From Squalus acanthias (taxonomy: Eukaryota), in NCBI GenBank assembly GCA_030390025.1, contig CM059432.1:46440001-46504000 (forward strand): a stretch of 64,000 bases of DNA. The letters are read 5' to 3'. The position numbers were made by a program, and so were the translations under genes. The notes beneath the pieces were generated by a model, which was not told the DNA's origin, did not search any database, and was given only the letters and a program-made list of their open reading frames with translations. Positions within the stretch are counted from its first letter, which is position 1, and every line of letters starts with the position of its first letter. Below are positions 49,843-62,172 of this stretch, piece by piece.

Positions 49843-52515
49843 GCTATCACTGCAGCATCCCAGGGCCTACTGTCACCATCCCATGATGGTCCCAGAAAGT
49901 GGCGTTAACATGGGCTGGTGGGAGGGAAATGTACCAAGGACCTGGACCTGGCCTTTCTGCATCCATTACCATGCAGCAGGCGGGTTAGGAAAGTGCAGTG
50001 TGATCGCGGTGAGGGAAGGGGAAGAAACTATAGGTTGGGCGATGAGGCAGGAGTCAGCTCATTTTCCTTCATTCTCCACCATGACCTCGCTTGATTTGAG
50101 GCAGGATCGCAGTGAAGAATCCTAGTCATAGTTTTTTATTACCGTAATCTTAAAGTATTTATTGCTGCTATTCCATAGTAGCAAAATCAGTGTAAATATT
50201 AACCAGACTCATTTATATTCAAGTAACAAGCCAACCTCTATAGTACCTGTATAAAATTATCAATGCTAAAATAACTTTTATTGTAGCTCCTTTTGGCAGT
50301 AAAAATATAGAGGGGTTTTTATGCCATTTAGCACCTAAAGCAATGTAGTACTGAATTCATGAACGCCTGCGACGGTGGAAGAAAGGAATCTCACATTTAA
50401 GCACACTGTCAAACAATGGTTACCTTTCCCTCTATTAAAAGAATGGTGGATGGCTCAGAATGGTTAGACCATAAATCCAAGAAAATTCAGGGGTGGAGTA
50501 AAGGCCTTTAGGCTCATCAAAGCTCAACCCTCCAGTACAGTAACTCTCGTCACAGCACCGAATTGTATTTTGAACAATGAAATGTATTTTTCTTTGCTAC
50601 TCTGTCTGGCAGTTTATTCCAAATATTTGTCATTCTAGGCAATGATTACAAGTGAGTGATCTGATTGTGGACTTCTGATGACACATGAAACTGTGCAAGT
50701 GCATGGTTTAGAATCCCCGAGGAAATCTTGAATTGCTCTCACATCCATTTTTCCTTTTGTAACAGATATGCTGTGGATTTGTGAGGTTTTGATAAATTCT
50801 GTTTTTGGATTGTGTATGTGTTTGTTGTGAGCAGTGGAGTAATAAAACCAATACACTCAGTATTTGATAAGTGGTGGCTTTACTACTCAAAGGTGAACAT
50901 TTATATTAGAATGACTACAGGTTTAGCAAGTAACACTCAATACTTTTAACCAGAGTCCGTGTATATTAGAAATTATTACATCACATTTGGCCTATTAGGT
51001 GGAACTTCTACTATGTGAGAAGCTGTCGTCACCCAACATCCTTGTTACAAATTCAGGTCTGCCATAGATACCTTCTCGGGGTACGTTGGAATAAGTGACT
51101 CAGATAAGTGGTCTGAGTGTCTTCATTTGTATAAGAATGGACTCACACTGCCCTGTATCTACTTGAGCAGTAGCGTAACCAGGGATGTAACAATAGCATC
51201 CCCTTATGATATGAAACAGATATTTGTGTCTTTTGTACCTCTTCAATCTTTCTGAAGGTGGACCGAGTTAATACTTGGTGAGGCGAGGTTTGATACGAAT
51301 GGTTGAGCTGTTCTATTTCACAGGGAGTAAACATATCGAGCAATAGTTATGATCAGACTCATTTTGTTCAGTCAGTGCAACTTATCTTGGCGTAATGATA
51401 CAAAACAAACGGAGGAACACGCAACAAGAGTCAGGAAAGTGGGGTCGTGGAACTCAAGGCCAAAGCATTTTATTAAATCAAATCTTATTCCAAATTGTTT
51501 TAATGATTTTAATATTTTTATCCGGACATTTGAATTGTTATCTAGTCACTACAAGTGAGGCAAATATGAATGGGCCAGCCGATTCGAAATGTCACTAAGC
51601 AGAAAATCACTTGTGACATTTTCTCATTTCAATTCTGCTGATAGTGTGTATTGTGATATTATAAAGCGTGATATTCTCAGGATCTATGATTTACTGCCTG
51701 AAGAATATAACAGAAATTTAAGAAAGTAAAGGTGTGATTTTAGCCCAGAACAGCCTAGTCAGTGGGAACAGGGTGGGCGGGAGGTTAAAATTGGGTTTGG
51801 ACACCTAGACAAGCTAATTGTTTAATCTATGGGGAAACCAACTTCCATTTAACATATTAATCATCCTTTTTCAAAAAACTTGTGAAAATACACTTTGCTT
51901 AAGAAAACATTAAAAATACTGTAGTTCTTATTTGCAAATCTTTTTTGTGGAAATATAGTCAAAACTTCCTGAAATGTGACAATCCCAACTATATATTCTA
52001 AAGACAAAAGAAAATATATTTATGCAGGAAATGCCATTTATGGACCAATATGATAAATGATAAAATGATAAATCATTGTCAAATGTTATTTGCATGACTT
52101 ATGAAACATTTGGAATGTGATGTTTTTTAAGGTTGGTAGGAGATAATTACATTTGTCAGCGTTTTCTGCAGATTTCCTCCCACCCACACTTGAATGCTTT
52201 GACTGCTACTGTGACGTTCCAATATGGGGGAGGAAAGCTTGAGAAGATACTCTCCAAAGAAACACGAGTATCTCCCGCGAATATTCCAACTGCACAATTT
52301 GGATTATAATAACATATCTGGAGTGTGCTTAATCAAAGTAAAACAATCTTCTAATATGTGTGTTTATGACAGATTTTCCTTCTCTTTACCTTTTTTAATT
52401 CTTTTTTCCTTTACCAGCATTATTTTCTCCTACAAATGATCACAGCTTAACTCAGTCTTTTTTAAAAAAATTAGATGTAACAATCAATTTAGATCCTTTT
52501 TCTTTTTTTCTGTAG

Positions 52516-52677
52516 GAAATGATTTATTTCTGGTTGCAGTTCATGAACTAGGCCATGCACTAGGCCTAGAACACTCCAATGATCCCAGTGCAATTATGGC
52601 CCCATTTTACCAGTATATGGATACGGAAAACTTCGAGCTTCCTCAAGATGACTTACAGGGCATCCAGAAGATATATG
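52516..52677 (+). CDS. MMP16: MMP16 zinc-binding exon (equivalent to exon 5)
   Basis: Polypyrimidine tract + tgtAG, 162 nt, donor G|GTTTGT. (G)[53 protein letters not shown](G) has HExGHxxGxxH and the Met-turn. Confidence 0.96.
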
Positions 52678-52696
52678 GTTTGTAGCTACATTTCAT

Positions 52697-52843
52697 GGCG
52701 TAGATTTTCAGCTTGCCACCTGGGCAAAAAACTGACATTGCCCATTGATTTCAATGGGAATGAAAATTGGGTGGTTTCCATAACAGGCGCTGTTCCGCAA
52801 TGCCAGTTTTAATCCCAGGTGGCAAATTGGAAAATCTACCCCC
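52697..52843. mobile_element. Palindromic MITE filling most of the 237-bp MMP16 intron
   Basis: gtagattttcagcttgccacctggg ... cccaggtggcaaattggaaaatctac, with inner cccattgatttcaatggg. Confidence 0.75.
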
Positions 52844-52914
52844 ATATTTTTATATTTGAAAGTGAGTAGCTGTTATTCTTGATTTAATATGTTTCTGCCT
52901 ACATTTTTAAATAG

Positions 52915-53132
52915 GTCCACCAGATAAGATTACACATCCTACAAAACCCTTACCTACAGTACCACCACATCGCTCCAATCCACCATCGGATCCAAGAAAA
53001 CCTAACAGACAACCAAGACCTCCTCGACCACCTACTAGGGATAAACCTTCCTATCCTGGTGCCAAGCCCAATATTTGTGATGGAAATTTCAACACCCTGG
53101 CTATCTTACGAGGTGAAATGTTTGTTTTTAAG
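52915..53132 (+). CDS. MMP16: MMP16 proline-rich hinge and start of hemopexin domain (equivalent to exon 6)
   Basis: aatAG acceptor, AAG|GTAAGC donor. (G)[72 protein letters not shown] matches the MMP16-type hinge. Confidence 0.96.
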
Positions 53133-53802
53133 GTAAGCATTGTTCAAGTATTAATATGGTATGGTGTATATATGATACTTTAGAGTAGCAGCTGTCACAC
53201 TGTAAGGCTGTCATTATACTACAGCTACTGGCCTCAGGCCCGTACATGTAGTGTAAAGTTAATTTGCAGCCTCAAGTTATACTGCCAACTGTGCCTTTCA
53301 CTGAGATTAATGACAAAGGACCTCTGCACTTCAATGCTTGCATGCTTCTAGCAAGTGTTGCCACCTTGGTGGTTAATTTTTAATATTATGAGAGAGTGTG
53401 GGTAGAAAAAGGAGCATAACTAAAGGTTTCAGTGCCATCTGGGACTGGAGTTATCTGAGCATGTTGGGAGATTGATGTGGCCTTCTTTGACGCTGTTCTT
53501 TTATGACTGAAATAAAGAATATCTCCTTTCAGAGAGGAGATCTTGTGCACTTTTTTTTCCTCAGTACTTTAGGTTGGTTGGGTTTGAAAATTTTACTTTA
53601 AAAGTACTTTTCCTCTTCCCCATAATCTTGTTCCCTTTTAGTCAAGAGCGATTTCTGGGTTGGGAAAGAACACAACTCAAACAATATATTATAAAGTGGT
53701 TTAAACCATCTGAAAATCACTTCAGGAATATTATATTAATTAAAATATCTGTACCTTGTATTTTAATAAATATGGAACTCATTGAATAATTAATACATTC
53801 AT

Positions 53803-55124
53803 GGGCCATAATTTGCTGTGGCAGGGCATCTTATGGCATCTGCCCTTAGTTAGACTTGGCCTTGCACATTTAAGTTTTTACGTTTTTTTGTGTGGCAAGT
53901 TGCTGAAAGTGTGAGCTGATAATATCGCAGTGAGGGAAACAAGGCATCTATGTATCTCCTTAACCAATCAGATTGAAGAATTGTGAAATTAGCAGAGCAA
54001 GGACTGAAAAGGAAGTGTAAATTAGAGCGGGTGAATTCAATTCCAAATCAGGTACTGAAAGAAAAATAAAGAGAGGGAACGAACGATTGGATTAAGAGAG
54101 CGAGAAAAAAGAGATAGAAAGGAAAAGTTAAACAGTTTTTTAAAATCTTACATTTTTAAAATCTCCAGCAACAATTAAAACCTGAAGAAATGAGACTCTA
54201 CACTTTTCATAGTTAATTTTCAGTGCAAGAAGGTGACTGGCAGTAATTAACTTTTATCACTTCATTAAAAGGGTACTTAGACTGGAATGGACAAGAATTA
54301 ACTTTCTGTGGTGAGTTAAGTTTGTATCTACCATGCAAATACAGCAACTTCATGTCATTCAATGGGGAGGGCTGTTGTGGAACAACGTGTTTCCCGAATG
54401 TTCTGCAGAATTTAACTGCAGCGCTCCTTTAAGTGGGGTTCCTGCCCACAGGTAGCCTGATTGACAGGCTGGAGGCCTTTCGGGTGAGAAGCCTGCTTCA
54501 CAAGCCTACGAGAGCAGGTAGGTGTATTGGGGGAGTGATAGAGATCGGGGGGGGTCCGAATCACAGTGGGGTGGTCCGGATCACAAGGGGGAGGGTCCAA
54601 TGTTGGTCTGGGGGGCCCTGATTGTGGGTGGGTCCAATGGTGGTCTGGGGGACCCCGATTGTGGGAGGGGGGGGGGTGGTCCGATGGTGGTTGGGTGGGG
54701 AGCGGGGCAGATGGTGATCGGGGAGGGAGCAGACGGATCGTTGGAGGTGGGGATGGTTTACTGGACAGCTTGTTGGGCATGAAGGAAGCACTCCTGCTCC
54801 TCCTGGACCACAAGCAGTTCTGTAAAGGTACTTACCTTATGGATTCAGCCCTTCTTGCCTCCTCTAAGCTGTTGAGTTTCTCAAGGCCTGTGAAACCTGG
54901 CTGCCTGGGGTTAAAAATAGAATGACTATTAATATAAAGGCAGGCAGCCTCATTTTAATATTTAAATGACCAGCCCGCTTCCCACGAGCGGATTGGTCAC
55001 CATCCCCTCATCCCATCTCTGTTAAATCTAGAAGTGGGTGGGTTCGATTCCTGTTCCAGATTTTGGCGTTTTAACCTCTGGCATGAACCCAACCCACTTA
55101 TTTTTTGGAGTTAAGATTCAGCCC
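53803..55124. mobile_element. Composite of two decayed Harbinger-type MITEs (second, ~54405-55124, family C-like)
   Basis: gggccataatttgc start; G-rich interior; end ttaagattcagccc with aagtgggtgggtt / cccaacccac blocks as in family C. Confidence 0.55.
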
Positions 55125-55374
55125 AATGTGTCTTTCCATTGATGTGACACAATTTTTTCATTACATTGATGCAAAAAACAATAGTATTACTAGGGAGTGA
55201 ATTTACTGAACCAAGAAGACATCAAAATGTTGGCAAGGCCCGATCACCATATCCTTTGATTCCCCTGGAGTCATTGAAGAGGTAGTCTCACAGCACTACA
55301 GCTTTGCACTGGCTTCACTATAACTGAACCTGGTCTGAAGGTAACATTTAAAAGTTTCCAGGCAGTCTGTTGAA

Positions 55375-55812
55375 CTACTTTGGAGCAGAGAAGGCTAAGA
55401 GGAGATTTGATAGAGGTGTTTAAAATCATGAAGGATTTACATAGAGTAAATAAAGAGAAACAGTTTCCAATGGCTGAAGGGTCGATAATGAGAGGACACA
55501 GATTTAACGTGATTGGCAACTGAACCAGAGGCAACATGAGAGAAAACTTTTTTCTCCCCCTTAGAGTAGGGATAAATGGATCATTTTCAGGTTGGTTTGG
55601 ATTTGGAATGCACTGTCTGATAGGGTGGTGGATACAGATTCAATAGCAGCCTTCAAAAGGGAATTGGATGAATACTTGAAGAAGATAAAATTGCAGGGAT
55701 ATGGGGAAAGAGCGGGGGAGTGGGACTAACTGGATTGCTCTTCGAAAGAGCCGGCGCAACTCGATAGGCCGAATGGTCTCCTTCTGTGCTGTACTATTCT
55801 ATGATTCTATGA
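55375..55812 (+). mobile_element. CR1 LINE 3' end
   Basis: LEQRRLRGDLIEVFKIM; (ctatgatt) tail. Confidence 0.85.
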
Positions 55813-55845
55813 TCGCAAAGAGCCAGTTATTCCATTCGGCCATTA

Positions 55846-56503
55846 GAATATAAGAACATAAGAATTAGGACCAGAAGTAGATCATATGGCCCCTCGAACC
55901 TGCTCTGCCATTCAATAAGATCATGGTTGATCTTCGACCTCAACTCCACTTTCCTGCCCGATCCCCATATCCCTTGATTCCCGTAGAGTCCAAAAATCTA
56001 TCTATCTCAGCCTTGAATGTACTCAATGATTCAGTATCCACAGCCCTTTGGGGCAGAGATTTCCAAAGATTCACAAACCTCTGAGTGAAGAAATTCCTCC
56101 TCATCTCAGTCTTAAAAGGCCTACCCCTTATCCTGAGACTATGCCCCCTAGTTCTAGACTCTCCAGCCAGGGGAAACAATCTCTCAGCATCTACCCTGTC
56201 AATCCCCTCAGAATCTCATATGTTTCAATGAGATCACCTCTCATTCTTCTAAACTCCAGAGAGTATAGGCCCAACCTACTCAGTCTCTCCTCATAGGACA
56301 GCCCTCTCATCCCAGGGATCAATCTCAGCTTACTTTCCCACCTAGCTTTGTATCATCAGCAAACGTGAATACATTATACTCGGTCCCTTCGTCTAAGTAA
56401 TTAATATAGATTGGAACTAGCTGAGGCCCAAGCACTGATCCTTGTTGCAACCCACTAGTTACAGCCTCCCAACCTGAAAATGATCCATTTATCCCTACTC
56501 TAA
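55846..56503 (-). mobile_element. CR1 LINE fragment with internal deletion, interrupted by a MITE at 56504
   Basis: taagaacataagaa tail; FPLAGESRTRGHSL...; RT segment to RVGING. Confidence 0.88.
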
Positions 56504-57265
56504 GGGGGAGAAATTCGGTATCGCCCCGTTTGGGGCGCTAAATTTTGAAAGCTGGAAAAATTAGCGGCAGGCGCTAATCATTCTCAACTTTCGGTAAATT
56601 CAGTGTTGCCGCTCCAGGAAGGAAGTGGAGTGCTAAATCAAGCGCTACCACTTCCCTTCTGGAGCGCTAAACCATGCAGGAGGGGCGGTAGAGGTGCAGC
56701 GCTGCACAATGTCCCATGCAGCGTTGCCAGGATCCGAGGGCTCCTTCCCTCCCTTAAAGGGAAGGGCCATTGCTGCAGGCTCTGGATTTGAACGACCTCC
56801 CTCATCGCCAACGGCAGCCGGGATCCTCGTCGATCAGCCCCAAGCACTCTAACAGAGTGCAGGGCTGATCAATCGCGCCATTTAAAAATGTTAAAAATGC
56901 ACCCTAAAGGAAGGAAACACATTTCTACTGAAGACCAGCGGCCTTACCTTTAATTAGCGCTCCCGAAGCACCCGGCCTCCCGAACGACGCCTCCTGCAGC
57001 TGTCGGTGTTATCGCCCGGCGATGCTGCAGGGGGCGGAACCAAATTTCCGGTGCGGGGCGCTACCTGGGCACTGCGCAGCCGGATGACATCACGATCTCC
57101 GGGCGCAGGAGAGCGTGGTGCTAGGGGTTACCGCCGCCACAAACCGGCAGGTGAATTTCATGGGCATCGGTACTATCGTCGTGCCCGGGCAGTAAGGTGT
57201 TAGCGCCCCATTATCGCCTCCCGGAGGCGCTAACGGGAGGCGCAAAGGAGGCTATTTTCTACCCC
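56504..57265. mobile_element. Harbinger MITE related to 27651-28549 / 38354-40568
   Basis: gggggagaaattcggtatcgccccgtttggggcgc start and ggcgctaacgggaggcgcaa end shared with that family. Confidence 0.85.
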
Positions 57266-57859
57266 TCTGTCTTTTATCCTTAAAAAGGTAACCAGTGTTT
57301 AGATGCTGCTGAGCAGACAAAACTCTGACTGACTGACCAGAGAATGATACAGAGTTAGCAGTATAACTCAGAACAACTAATCCAGTATTGCTCTAAGCGG
57401 AGACCAGTCTCGAACATCGATTATAACAGCGCTGCTGAGTTGAGACAGGACCTGCATATTTAAAGAGGACCCCCGCTGCCTTCCAGTGGGTGACCTGCTC
57501 GCCTGCTCAAAAGAGCAGGTTAACATCAGGACATGGCGGGAAATTGCTGCACTCATTTTAACTGCCCCCGTGCCGCCCGCCGCCCCCCCACAACCCCAGC
57601 CTGGTTTCTGTCAGGTGGGCGGAGTTCGAATTGGGGCCAATGACTGTCAGAGTGGAGAGCCAGGGCTGATTTCGGGTGGTGCAGAGATGGTGTAGCAAGT
57701 AAAATGGGGTGTAAAAGTGATGGTGCTGACCTTATATGAGGGCCCACAGGCAAGAGGAGATTATGAGAAGTGATAAGGTGAAAGGTTACACAGGAGTGCG
57801 ATTCTGCAACACTGTTTTGGTTGAGAGTCACTTCCACTACTTTGAAGCTGCAGTCTCTG

Positions 57860-59626
57860 AGGCCGCGATTTTGCTGACCTCGGCGGGTCCGTGGCAGGTG
57901 ACATCGGTGACGGGTCCCGACCCTGCTGCTGGCTCCAGCCCGCTCTGTGAAATGAATTTACCTTGATTGGGCTTGTTAAGCCGCCCAGCACATTTGCCGG
58001 CCATTTAGAGTAAGCGGGTCTGGTGACGTCACTTGATGACGCGTCATCAGCCGGTTTCCTTAAAGGGACCATGACCAAAGATATTTTGACATTTGTGCTG
58101 TCAGTGTTCTACAGCATTGAAGTGCTGCAAACACTGATAAGCACAGCACAAAGGTGCACGGCTGCACCCAGGCTCTCCCATGACTCCCTCCATATGCTTA
58201 TAGAGGGAGTCACAGCACGCAGGGAGGTCCTCTTCTTTTCCCATGGGTGGAAGAGACCTCCCCAGGAGATCAACACTACCTGGTTGCACATTGCAGAGGA
58301 GGACACAAGCAGGAATGTGGTCAGGAGGACCTGGGTGCAGTGCCACAAACATGTCAATGATCTCAGTAGCTCACGAAATGTTAGTACAAAGCCACACTCA
58401 ACCTCATCCTGCTGTGCCTCTCATCACATCCCCATAACTCTGCCTTCCCTACCCTACTCCTGCACACCCTTACTTACACCAACTTACCTTGCACCTCCAC
58501 CCATTCCTCTCTATCTACATTATCACTTCCCCATCTCACTAGCCACCCCTCACACTCACCCTCATCCTAGCGCAATCCTATCAACTAACAACACACAAGG
58601 GTAGGCACTTGGGAGTTTTATCCAATGTTCATGTAAAGTTTCTGTTAATGTGCTGTCAAACATTGAAACCTTTATTTTCAACACATTGTGTTCTTGGACA
58701 GATTTGTGTGCACCTTTGGAAGTGGCTTAGTGAGTTGCAATGAATGGTAGCCCCCACAACGGTGGTGAGTGTGAAAGGAATGACTTGGACATTGTAGGGA
58801 TGCTTTATGGTGTTGGTGTGGGATGGTGCCAACCTGGTGCATCATGTGGCAGCCAGGGTGTACAGTGCCAAGTGAAGTAAATCTGGCCATGGTGAGTCCC
58901 TCCCTGGCCTCCTGGGCAGCAATGTGCTCCGGTGCTGATGCCCTCTGTCCTGTGCAGCATCAGGTGGTTGAGGAGAAGTTTGGCGGTGTTGTTGTTGGTG
59001 CTGCTGGTGTGCCTGGTTCTGCTGGTGTTGGGGCTGATCATGGTCAGATTCTGAGGACCAAGATGAAACAGTATAAACTGTACCCCTGCCGATGGAATAG
59101 ATGGCAGGTGAATTTGAGATGACAGAAGCAAACTGTCAATGGTGAGAGTGGTTGTTGCAATGAGGTGACACTGGATAGAGAGTTTGCTCCAAACACTTAC
59201 AGCCTGCATAAAGCACAATCTGTGTTCCAAATGCAGTAAGCAACAGCTTCTGAGCTTGGAACGTGAACAGCTGTGAGGTGGGAGCTTTTATAGCACATTT
59301 CAAGCTTTCAAGTAATCAGCTGATTCAATGGCCATTCAACTCCTGCCTCAGCTTACCAGACGTGATCCCCGAGCTGCGTGGACCCCGTGGGCGAGCAGGT
59401 AAACAGAAAAGTTAAGGTAAAATGTATTCTTAATGATCTCTCAACAAGGCAATAATCATCTTAATTGGGTCCCCAGCCACTGCCTGTCAGGTCTGCCCAG
59501 CACTGACAGACCCGACATTGGGAAATGCGCGTGGTGGCAGGGTGACAGCGGGGTCCCGACCCGCTGTCAAAAAAAAACACTTTCCCACCCGATCGCGCCT
59601 GCTGACCCCCTGGAAAATTCCAACCT
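57860..59626. mobile_element. Deleted Harbinger (Myb exon 1 on + at ~58140-58380; fused transposase termini on - at ~58870-59040)
   Basis: APRLSHDSLHMLIEGVTARREVLF...W..IAEE...RTWVQCHKHVND; minus strand Q-rich segment and AAQEAREGLTMARFT resembling the transposase C-terminus; ends aggccgcgattttgc / ggaaaattccaacct. Confidence 0.7.
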
Positions 59627-59639
59627 TTGTCTTTCTTTC

Positions 59640-60096
59640 TTTTTGGAGGGCCTCCTGGCCCCTTGTGGATAGGACAGATCTCTCCTCCTCTTCATCTCCT
59701 CCACCAAGGCCTCCAGTGCAGCGTCCGAGAACCTCTCACCCCATTATGCCATTATTCAGTCTTTCCCAGGTGAGAATGTCTTCCTCAATGAATTCCAGCA
59801 CCTGCTCCAGCCACAATGCACCTCCCCTTTAAGAGGTGCAGGCTGACTTTAAGTAGTACAAGCTAGTTTTAAGTGGTGCTAGCCTCGCACAATTTTGGAC
59901 CCCCCTCCTGAAGCGTGCAGACACGCAACAGCGTTGGCTGCACACTGCAGGAGAGTGCTGGCTGCACACCGCAATCATAGTAATTAGAAGGCATCACAAA
60001 GTTGGCGTGCTGCCTGTATCGGAAGCAATGGGCACTGGTTAATCCTGCATCGCGATCCCCACGCCCATTTTAGAGCTCCATCCAATTTACCCCCCC
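59640..60096 (-). mobile_element. End of another Harbinger with start of its Myb gene
   Basis: Minus strand RFSDAALEALVEEMKRRRDLSYPQGARRPS at ~59735-59645; terminus ccaatttacccccc; upstream blocks resemble 21200-21440. Confidence 0.72.
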
Positions 60097-60959
60097 GTAA
60101 TGTTTCCAACTGTGCTGAAGTGGGACCCAGCAGTCTGTTCAAAGTATGAGTCCTGTTGCCCTGAACTCTATCAAGGCAATGTCTGTTGACATTCTGTTTA
60201 CTCAGGCATCAGTGTTTTCAGGTGCAGATATTGCACATGAAAGACCCGCTGCATCAGCTTGCTGTAAAAACAAATGGGATACACATTATCAGTCGGTACA
60301 GGAATAATCTGTTGTGCCTTTAATTTTTTTCAGCTTTTAATAATTCACCGAAATATATAGCAGAATTATCCTGCAGGATACGAGCTGCCCTATACCCCAG
60401 TCTGTTAACTGAGTCAATCAGTTTGCAGAGCTTGATTTGAGAAGAGGTTATAGAATCACTAGATCAACCTGAATTGGAGTTGAGATTCCTTAAGGTTGCA
60501 ATCTTTTGTCCAGAACATCTTCTAGCATTTTGCAATAGCTTTGTTATGCTTAATGGGAATGGGCAGAGATTGCACCTAAGGTTCATACTTGGCAAGCTGG
60601 ACACAGGATAATCAACATGAATCTTGATTGGGTTCAATTTTGACTTTAGAGATCATCTCTACTGAATATGGAGGAGTAACTCTTCTGGTCCAGGCACAGA
60701 CCGGGGGAGAAACAGGCACAGAAGGAATCCATAAGTTAAAGGTTAATTTTAACTCTGCCTGCCTGGCCTGAATGGTGCAGGTACGGGTTTAAGATTTGGG
60801 GGGTGGGGGGGGGGGGGGGTTGTGTCATGTTCCCGACACGCCCCTGCTCTCCACCATCTTAACTGACCATAGAACAGTCATGGGAGGGCCGCCTACACCA
60901 GGCAGGCAGGGGCCTAACTGACATGCAAAAGTTGTGGCCCAATGATATTATTGGAAAAT

Positions 60960-62170
60960 AAGGTTGGTGATCTGTAAACACAAGTAGGCACATGGGATTA
61001 TGATATAGTCTCAGTAAAGGAGACCTGGCTCAAACATGGGGAGGAATGGGCACTTAATATTCCTATTGGCTACAAAATATTCAAGAAAGATAGGGAAGGC
61101 AAAAAGACAGGAGTGGGGTGGCAGTATTGAGGAGGTACTTAAAAGGTTGGCAGTGTTCAAAGTAGAAAATCATCCTAAGTTGCTGAGGGAAGCAAGGGTG
61201 GAAATTACTGAGGCTCTGGCCACAATCTTTCAATATCCTTGGATATGGGAGTGGTGCTAGAGGATTGGAAGACTGCATATGTTGCACCTCTGTTCAATAA
61301 AGGGGAGAGTGATGAACCCGGCAACTACAGGCCAGTTAACCCAACATTGGTGGTGGGGATACTTTTGGAGATGGCCCGGAATTTTCAGCCAGCAGCGAAG
61401 TGAAGGCATTCGCCACTGGCCCCAAAGTAAGCTTCGCACAAAGATCTCGCAATTTCTGTGTTGAGAACTTTGGGTTTTCAATTCAAATCAACAGAGGTTA
61501 GTGGGGATCCCCTTGTGTGAGCTGCAGGTGGGGAGGGGGGTCGGGGTGCACACAGCGCAGCCTATGTTGGAGCTGTGAATGACAGATCGCAACTTCAGGA
61601 TTTCCGCATGTGCCAAATCCCAAAGTTGCAGTCAGTTTCAAAGGCGAAATGACAGCAAACGCTGCCAATCCGCCGTCATCCAGACCACAAATTCTGGGTT
61701 AATAATACAGGACAAAATTGATTGGCCCTTGGAAAAATATGGGATAATAAATGAAAGCCAGCACAGATTTGCTAAAACCAAATAATGTTTGACTAATTTG
61801 ACTGAGTTCCTCGATGAAGTAACAGAGATGGTTGATGAGGGTAATACGGTTGATGTTGTGTATAGGTACTTTCAACAGGTATTTGATAAAATACCACGTA
61901 ATAGACTTGTTAGGAAAATTGAAGACCATGGGATTAAAGGGGCAGTGGCAGTGTGAATACGAAATTGGCTTAGGGACAGAAAGCAAAGAGTAGTGGTGAA
62001 CACTTGTTTTTCAGACTGGAGGAAGTGTGCAGTGGTGTCCCCCAGGGGTCAGTATTAAGACCACTGCCCTTTTTGATATGTATTAATGACCTGGATTTGG
62101 GAATACACGGCATAATTTCAAAGTTTGCAGATGACACAAAACTCAGAAATGTAGTAAACAGTGAGGAGGT
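60960..62170 (+). mobile_element. Decayed CR1 ORF2 interrupted by MITE family B (61373-61700)
   Basis: PGNYRPV...LLE|MITE|IIQDKI...GVPQGSVL...FADD; MITE TIR ggcccggaatttt / aaattctgggtt. Confidence 0.85.
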
Positions 62171-62172
62171 TA

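Larger units (their letters stand above)
7410..52515 (+). other. MMP16: ~45.1 kb phase-1 GT-AG intron of MMP16 splitting the catalytic domain
   Basis: The peptide continues directly NHD-G|GA-NDLFL across the two exons; no other MMP coding sequence seen in between. Confidence 0.93.
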
